In this document: piece after piece, positions 57,591 to 64,000 of the stretch
Position numbering within the stretch: position 1 is the stretch's first letter
Layout of the letters: the number at the start of each line of letters is the position of its first letter
NCBI GenBank assembly: GCA_001949185.1
Contig: BDGG01000019.1
Coordinates: 275,231 to 339,230, forward strand
Origin: Ramazzottius varieornatus
Lineage: Eukaryota > Animalia > Tardigrada
Reading direction: 5' to 3'
DNA: 64,000 nucleotides
Program-made: the position numbers and the translations under genes
The notes under the pieces: model-generated
The model's database searches: none
What the model saw: only the letters and a program-made list of their open reading frames with translations
What the model was told of the DNA's origin: nothing

Positions 57591-59379
57591 GTTGGAAGCA
57601 GGATAGGAGATGATTTAGGATAGGTTAGGTGCCAAAACGATGGATGATATAAGTTGATGGATATGAGCCTTTTCCGATTTGGAGATCAATTGACCATCCG
57701 GCTGTCTCTCAATTACTCCTTTCCGTGATTACGACAGCCATGTGCATTGCTCGGTTGTTACTACGGGAATATTCGTTGCTCTCCAGGGATGTTGTAACGG
57801 CCTGCGCACAATCAGATTGCGATGCGCGAGTCAGAGCAACGATTCCTTTCTCACGACCTTGACGTGGACCCAAATGCGGGCCGGAGGAATAGTCGCTTCC
57901 GGTGGCGCACGGTTCAGCCACAGATGGGTAGGACATTGTAAATGAGATGGAAAAGAAGGAAGACCCGAATGCCCAAAACCGGATCATCTTTGCGTAAGCC
58001 GACTTGCGGGTTACAGAGCAGGCGTCTTGGAATCCCAACAGCGTCAAGATCAACCCCAGCATGTGTATTAAACCGGCTGAACTTCCCGGAAACAGCCCAT
58101 TATCGGCATCCACTTTGGGAAAGTACGAGTAGAAAAAATACAGTCTTATACTAACTTTCGAATCATGGGAGGGGTTTGCTGAATGTACGCTAAGCCATCT
58201 CATCAGCTAAAAGCGTAGAAACTCGGCGTTGTCAACTGTCCCGTTTTCGATCATTGAGAAATTCCGCATCGAGACGACTGCAGTCTTATCTCCAAAAACA
58301 AATTTGTTAATGAATTTTTCATGAACGGATTCTTCCAAATTATTCCGAAATAGATATGAAAAGACCGCTTGCAGGAAGCGTGATCATATGAAGTCCGACT
58401 TGAAGCCGGGCGGACCCACGCAGATAGAACCACGTTGATTGTGGCGCCACCAATGTATTTGGCCACTAGACAGTGACCAATAGGCTCAAGCGGCATTGTA
58501 TGGCCGAGGCGGAGCTTCATCTCACATGGTGTAAGCTGATATAACACACCATATGCACCACAGTAAACAACAGCAGCTGCGCGAGTGAAGTGAAGCGGTG
58601 AGTGAAGCCTTTATACCTGTTCAGCCGAATTTCTTTCATCTACTGTACAGTCCATTCCTGCACTCAACGGACGTTTGCTTTCTCAGCTCATGGGCTTCAA
58701 TATCACAACAGACGATCGACACGTTTTCCAGCAGGTTTCATAAATGGATTTCCTATGGAGACTCTAACCGCAGCTGTAAGCCCCACCGTAAGCGAAAAGC
58801 GCAGCTGTAATCGTAACCCGTGGATATCGACGTTATTACCTTCACAGGAGCAAAGGATCATCGATTCCATTACCGGTCTACACGACGGGATCCATCAAGC
58901 CATTCAGCGCTTCCGGAGACTAGCCAGCAGGTGCGGCAGAGGGTTCTGGTGTCTCATCGTTAGGCCGATTGCTTCGAGGAATATTCTGACTCTGTTTCTT
59001 TTTGCTTTCGTAGTGTTGCTTGAGCTACTTTAATCAGCAACCGTCTGTACGCACCAATTCCCCCGGTTCACAGTATCATCTGCACTCGTCTGATGAATGG
59101 AGGCGACTGTTGGAGTCTTGAAGAGGGCCAGGAAGAACAACAACCGAGTGTGATTGACAATTGATCCCACGCGTTATTTACTGCCCTGAAGAACACGCGC
59201 ATCGTTCCACTCAGCGTAAGTTTATATTTTCTTTCGTCTGACATATAAAACGACGGTTAGCAGAAACATATAGCTGAAGGCTTGAATATCCAATACGGTA
59301 TCTCACTGCATACCGGAAGTGTTTATATCATTCCGAAATATACTCCGAGTTTTATTCGTTTATTAGGAGGCCGGAAAAC

Positions 59380-62300
59380 AGTCTCGGCATGATCGTCATC
59401 TCAAGTGGCGCACGTTTTCTACCAATAGGAACGAACAGTGCGCCACTTATGCCAGCCTCACTGAACTTATTATTCGGAATATTTTATTAGGTTGTCGAAT
59501 GTCTCTTTCGCCACATGCCAAATTTTACTGCATATTTATGGCTTGTTTTCTCTTTTGCAGAAAATGACAAACACGCAATCTCCGGAATTTGACGAAGGCT
59601 CAGAAGATAGTGTGGAACTCAGTGGACATCGGTCTTCTCACTCGTCTGGATCGTTCATTCGACATGGCGTAAGTTGTCTTGTTCATTTCTTCCGAGTAAG
59701 ACAATCGTCTGTAAGAGACAATGTAAGAGACACGAGACACCGGTTCAAGGAAGTGCTGAGAGCGGTCCAGCAAGTTTTGACAAAAATTTTCCTACGAGAT
59801 TACGAGACATTAGTCTGGTATTCAACCACGGTATTCACTCTTAGACTTTCGTAAATGGCCTAACTGCGTCTGGATTTTTCGTCATTTCTTCCCTTATCTG
59901 GCCCTGCGCTTGTTTAACGAGCTGTCGAGTGACGAATCCATTATCCAGTCACGCCCCGGTTATGATAGAGCTCTAAATATTCTTCCTTATTTTCGATAAC
60001 AGCGTACTCATACATGGCGTGGTATTTACGATGGCATGTTTATGTTTGTTTGTAGAGCAACCGGAACTGGGCCGAAACGGGACGAACCAAACTGCAAAAG
60101 GAGCGACAGCGTATTCACCAGGAGATTAATCGCGAAATTCAGATACGCGCCGGCGCTGAACGACTGTTCCGGTGAGTAAATATAGCAGAAGCACTCACCC
60201 GCATACGGCTTTGTATGTAGTTATAGCCGTAACTAGGTATGCAGGTGTATGATACGTTCGAGGGTTTGCCTGGTGGTTGTTTCTAGAATCTGCATACAAG
60301 ACCCAGACTTTTGTCCTTGGGTTCTGGTATGCAGGTGTGTGACGAACGCTGTTAGTCTGTTTTCCGTTATTCCGGTCACTTGCCGCAGCATGTCAGACTG
60401 ATTTAACGTCTTGAATTTCTTCCATTGTGTTCCGGCACCTACTTACCCGTGTTGTTTTCTGCATCCTTGACAGAGCAACGAACAGCCGGCGTCACCATGA
60501 GAAGATCGCGGCGGAACTGGCTGTCGTCAATGCCAACTTGCAGATACTTAGCGAGGAAATGGCCGAGCTTAACACCTCTGTCCATGTTTACCAAGACCAA
60601 ATGTAAATAACAACTCTGACCGGAAGTGTCAAAAGAACAATCAAAAAGTATATTTTTACTGAGCGAAAAGAAACGTTTGTTTTCTGTGCCCTTTTTACGC
60701 CGGTTTCTGAATCTTCTGGGCTTCGTGGATAGAAACTTTTTCGGATCTCCAAGAAGAAGTTCAGCCAAATTGTTTTTATAAGTTGCGCACGCTTCCATTC
60801 AATACGTCCAGAAATGAGCGCCACTTGGGGAGAACAATCTGACCGAGTTTGTTGACTGCGCTTCTCTTTTGTTTTTGTGAAACATTCTTCTTGGATATTT
60901 TGTGTACTGTGATGTATTGTTGATTAATTTATATTTACAGAGGCGAATGTGTGCCAATGATCCCTTTAGGTATGTGTGACGGCCTTGCCTTTTGGCGTTC
61001 TCGACATTTTAATTTATGGGTCCGCCACCGCGTTGACTCAGTGAACCACAACAGCCATTGAAGCATGCGCTCTTATTACTTTTCTTTTAGGCCTGAAAGA
61101 AACGGTAGACATCGATTTTGCCGACATGTTGACCGTGAGTGCCTTTATTGTTTTTGCTTGATAAGCTTTGTTGTGGCACTTACAATTCACCTTTGACGTA
61201 GGACTTCCTGTCACGGCATTACCATGTGGAGAATGTGGAGGACTTTCAGGGACCCATTGGGCTATTCATGTCACTGCGCGATGTAAGTCAATAGGTTTTT
61301 AATCATTACATGCACGCAAGGAGCAGATCTTCGTGTAGAGCGACCTGCTTTTGACATATAGCGGGACGTTTTTATGTTTCGGGTTCTTGCAGGCGTGTCG
61401 CAGTCCCTCAAGAGACGATTCCGGTCTTCGAGTTATTCTCGAGTATGTCCATACACTCAGCTTGGTCGAGAAAAGATTCTTCACTCCCAAGACTGACATC
61501 CGCTTTACATGGTAAGAGAATCCGAAGTGCAGGAGGAAGCACAACACGCGCCTCAGGTACCTTCATACACGTTGCTGCTCATATTGACATGGTCCGTGGT
61601 ATGCAAGTGCTTGATGCGTGAACTTGAGTTCGCGACTTCCTGCTATTGTCTTGGATTTCGCTCAGTTATTATACGAAATAAATGAAAAAACGGAAGCTTC
61701 CTAGCGAAGAATATAAGGAAGCGGAATTTTTTGGCAAAATTTAAGGGTAAAATCTTCAAAACTGAAAATGGTTCGATACCGTTACATTTTCGCTGTTCCC
61801 GTCGAAGTAATTACAGGATGAACTTGTAGTGCCGGCGAGAGGGATTAATCGTCCGTTTGTTCATTTGGCAGGTATGATTCGCTAAGTGGCCGACCGGCAA
61901 CGCAGCGATCAGTAGCGTTCGAGAAAGCCAGCATGCTCTTCAACGTCGGTGCTTTGTACACGCAGATCGGCGCCCGTCAAGTAAGCACTGCGTCCTTTCT
62001 GTAATCCCCCACGCTCTCAGATATCTGCCAGTCACTGAAACCATTACTTATCCACGCTTCTTGACATCTGATCTGACTAATCTTGTAAAGTCAATTTCTT
62101 CCGCACAAAATCGCTTTTTGCGCTCAGATCTGTTACCTCTTTCACACACCTGCGTACATTTCCACCGCTTATCTCACTTGGGTCGCGGTATGCTGGCTCT
62201 TGAAAAGACGTCTGAAGATTCTTCGTTCACTTGTTTTGCAGCGTTCGTCCTCGATACAAGGCCTGTCGGAAGCTTCAGTCTCCTTTGAGAAAGCCACGGG

Positions 62301-62848
62301 GATCTTCCAGTTCGTGGCTTCCAGTTTTAATAACGCACCAAGCACCGATCTGCGAGCGGAAACCCTCAGCATGCTCGGCTCTCTAATGCTGGTACGGTAA
62401 TATCCGGTGGTTTTCAAACTTTTCTGAAGTTTATTGTTTGTCGTGCTACTCTTTCCGCGTCGTTTGACTGACGGGTGGCACTGACATTGCTCGTAGAGGG
62501 TTCTCCATAATTTACGCTCTGTTTGACATACAAGTATTTCGAACTGTCGTTTTGCTTCGCAGGCGCAGAGTCAGGAATGCGTTTATGAACTGTCATTACT
62601 TTCCGATACATCAGACCACCTGCTACACTCCCAAGAGGCTGCTCAGGTAAGTCAAACAACTCGATCCAGCCCACAAGCTATCCTCGTAACTGAAAACACA
62701 ATGATGACCCACTGTGACATTCCACACTGGGACCTAGACCAGCAAGCTACGACAGATTGTATCTAGGTGGCGCAGGGTTTCAGCCGGCAACGCGGGGAAC
62801 GCACGCCACTTCTAGAAGTAATCTTGTCGCGTTTGTTTGCCGGGCTCC
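59380..62848. repeat. Three loci of the palindromic element in rhophilin introns (~59380-59465, 60760-60860, 62755-62848)
   Basis: Same core motif pair and arms. Confidence 0.8.
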
Positions 62849-64000
62849 TGATTTTCGGAAATTCATTCTTCCGGACGAATTCGATTCATTTTGTTCCAAC
62901 TAGAGTGTACAGGCCTAGGTCATCGCTCGCCTCGCAGAACAAAGTTTGAAGTTAAACTCCCGTTTCAGGTTTCGAAAAGCTTCCTTGCCGTGCACGACAA
63001 CGTTTCTTCGTCCATCGTAAAGAAGGACGTTCCCTACCCTTGGATTTCGTTAGTTTTGGTCAAAGTTCAGTTTTACAAGGCCACTTCGCACTACCACCTC
63101 GGCCTAGCCGTCATCGAATCTGAAAGTGAGTGGTGGAACTCTACTACAGGTTTAGTCGTACGAATAAAAGTAACATCTCGCCGTCACTCTTTCGTTTCAG
63201 CGAGCAAAGACGACCTGCAGAAATGTCTGGAACCCACTTCACCCGACAGCGTCATATCCAGTGGCTCCGAAGGCCTATCCCGACGAAGCATAGGTAAGCA
63301 GTTGATATCTTTCGCTGCCCCGATCTGGAAACAATCGTAGTAACTGGTATTATCTCTTCCCTCAACAGCACGCAGTCACGTACGACAAGCGACCCTTCTT
63401 CTGGAAGAATGCATTCGAATCCACCGGATGTGCCGTCTGCTAAGGAAGGTCGACACGCTATTGACAGTACTAACCAAAGCCCATGACAAGTATAACCCTC
63501 TCCCGCACGTCCAAACCTTTACTTTCTGCCTTTAGAATGATTAGTGGAAGTGTCCTTACAGATTAACATGTAATTTGTTTGCTATTTCCAGAAGCCTTAG
63601 TTTGTATCAGAGACTGGAAGAGGAAGACAATTTCGAGTCGGTCAGCCGACCAGCCAACGTTATTCGTAAGTACAGCAGTCGATGTATTTCGTGATCGTCG
63701 CTGTTCAGACTTCCTTGATCTTAATCATGCAGTAACAATGTGATTCTCGTGCAGCCAAGACACGCAAAGTAGCCAAAAGCATCCCACCGGATTTGGCTCG
63801 CTTCAAAATAAAGGATTCTTTCCACCAACTGGTACGCTAAGCAATCAGTGGAAAATATTATTCCAAATAATCTGGGCCTCGTGATTTCATTATTCGTTTG
63901 GGTTCACAGGGTCCGCTGAATGTATTCAATGCTTCTACTGAGCTGTCGAAGCCTAGAGTCGTTCATTTGAAGAAGGACCCGAATGCTCCAGTGTCTTTCG
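59564..64000 (+). CDS. Rhophilin (HR1 + BRO1 domains; continues beyond the window)
   Basis: AETGRTKLQKER...RAGAERLF|RATN...ELAVVNANLQILSEEMAELN; PMIPLGLKET; FTWYDSLSG...AFEKASMLFNVGALYTQIGARQ; NNAPSTDL; AQAQSQECVYE. Confidence 0.92.

Overview
Gene-dense, intron-containing invertebrate animal DNA with short GT-AG introns and one 50-N scaffold gap; the species cannot be determined from the sequence. Host genes, left to right: ATR (partial, minus), DTD1, cathepsin B plus a decayed paralog, a bacterial-type monomeric sarcosine oxidase-like gene, SLC16/MCT copy A, tRNA-Gly(GCC), ATP2C1/SPCA, DRG2, SLC16/MCT copy B, an orphan gene, LMF2, TTI2-like, SELENOO, CEP120, three tandem LITAF-domain genes and rhophilin (partial). 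The 3.2-14.3 kb region is a stack of DNA transposons: a hAT-type MITE, two pogo-like elements and a Mutator-like element. Three observations stand out. (1) A ~120-bp palindromic element with a fixed-spacing AAGTGGCGCAC-N24/25-GTGCGCCACTT core occurs at ~24 loci, nearly all in introns, including the introns of a transposase. (2) The MULE carries a second spliced gene with a chromo-barrel, an AT-hook-like motif and spectrin-repeat-like segments, plus internal GTTGACTCGAAG repeats, reminiscent of the plant VANDAL/VANC anti-silencing layout. (3) SELENOO has an in-frame UGA followed by a clear type II SECIS. Gene identities come from manual splicing and recalled family motifs; no database search was run.
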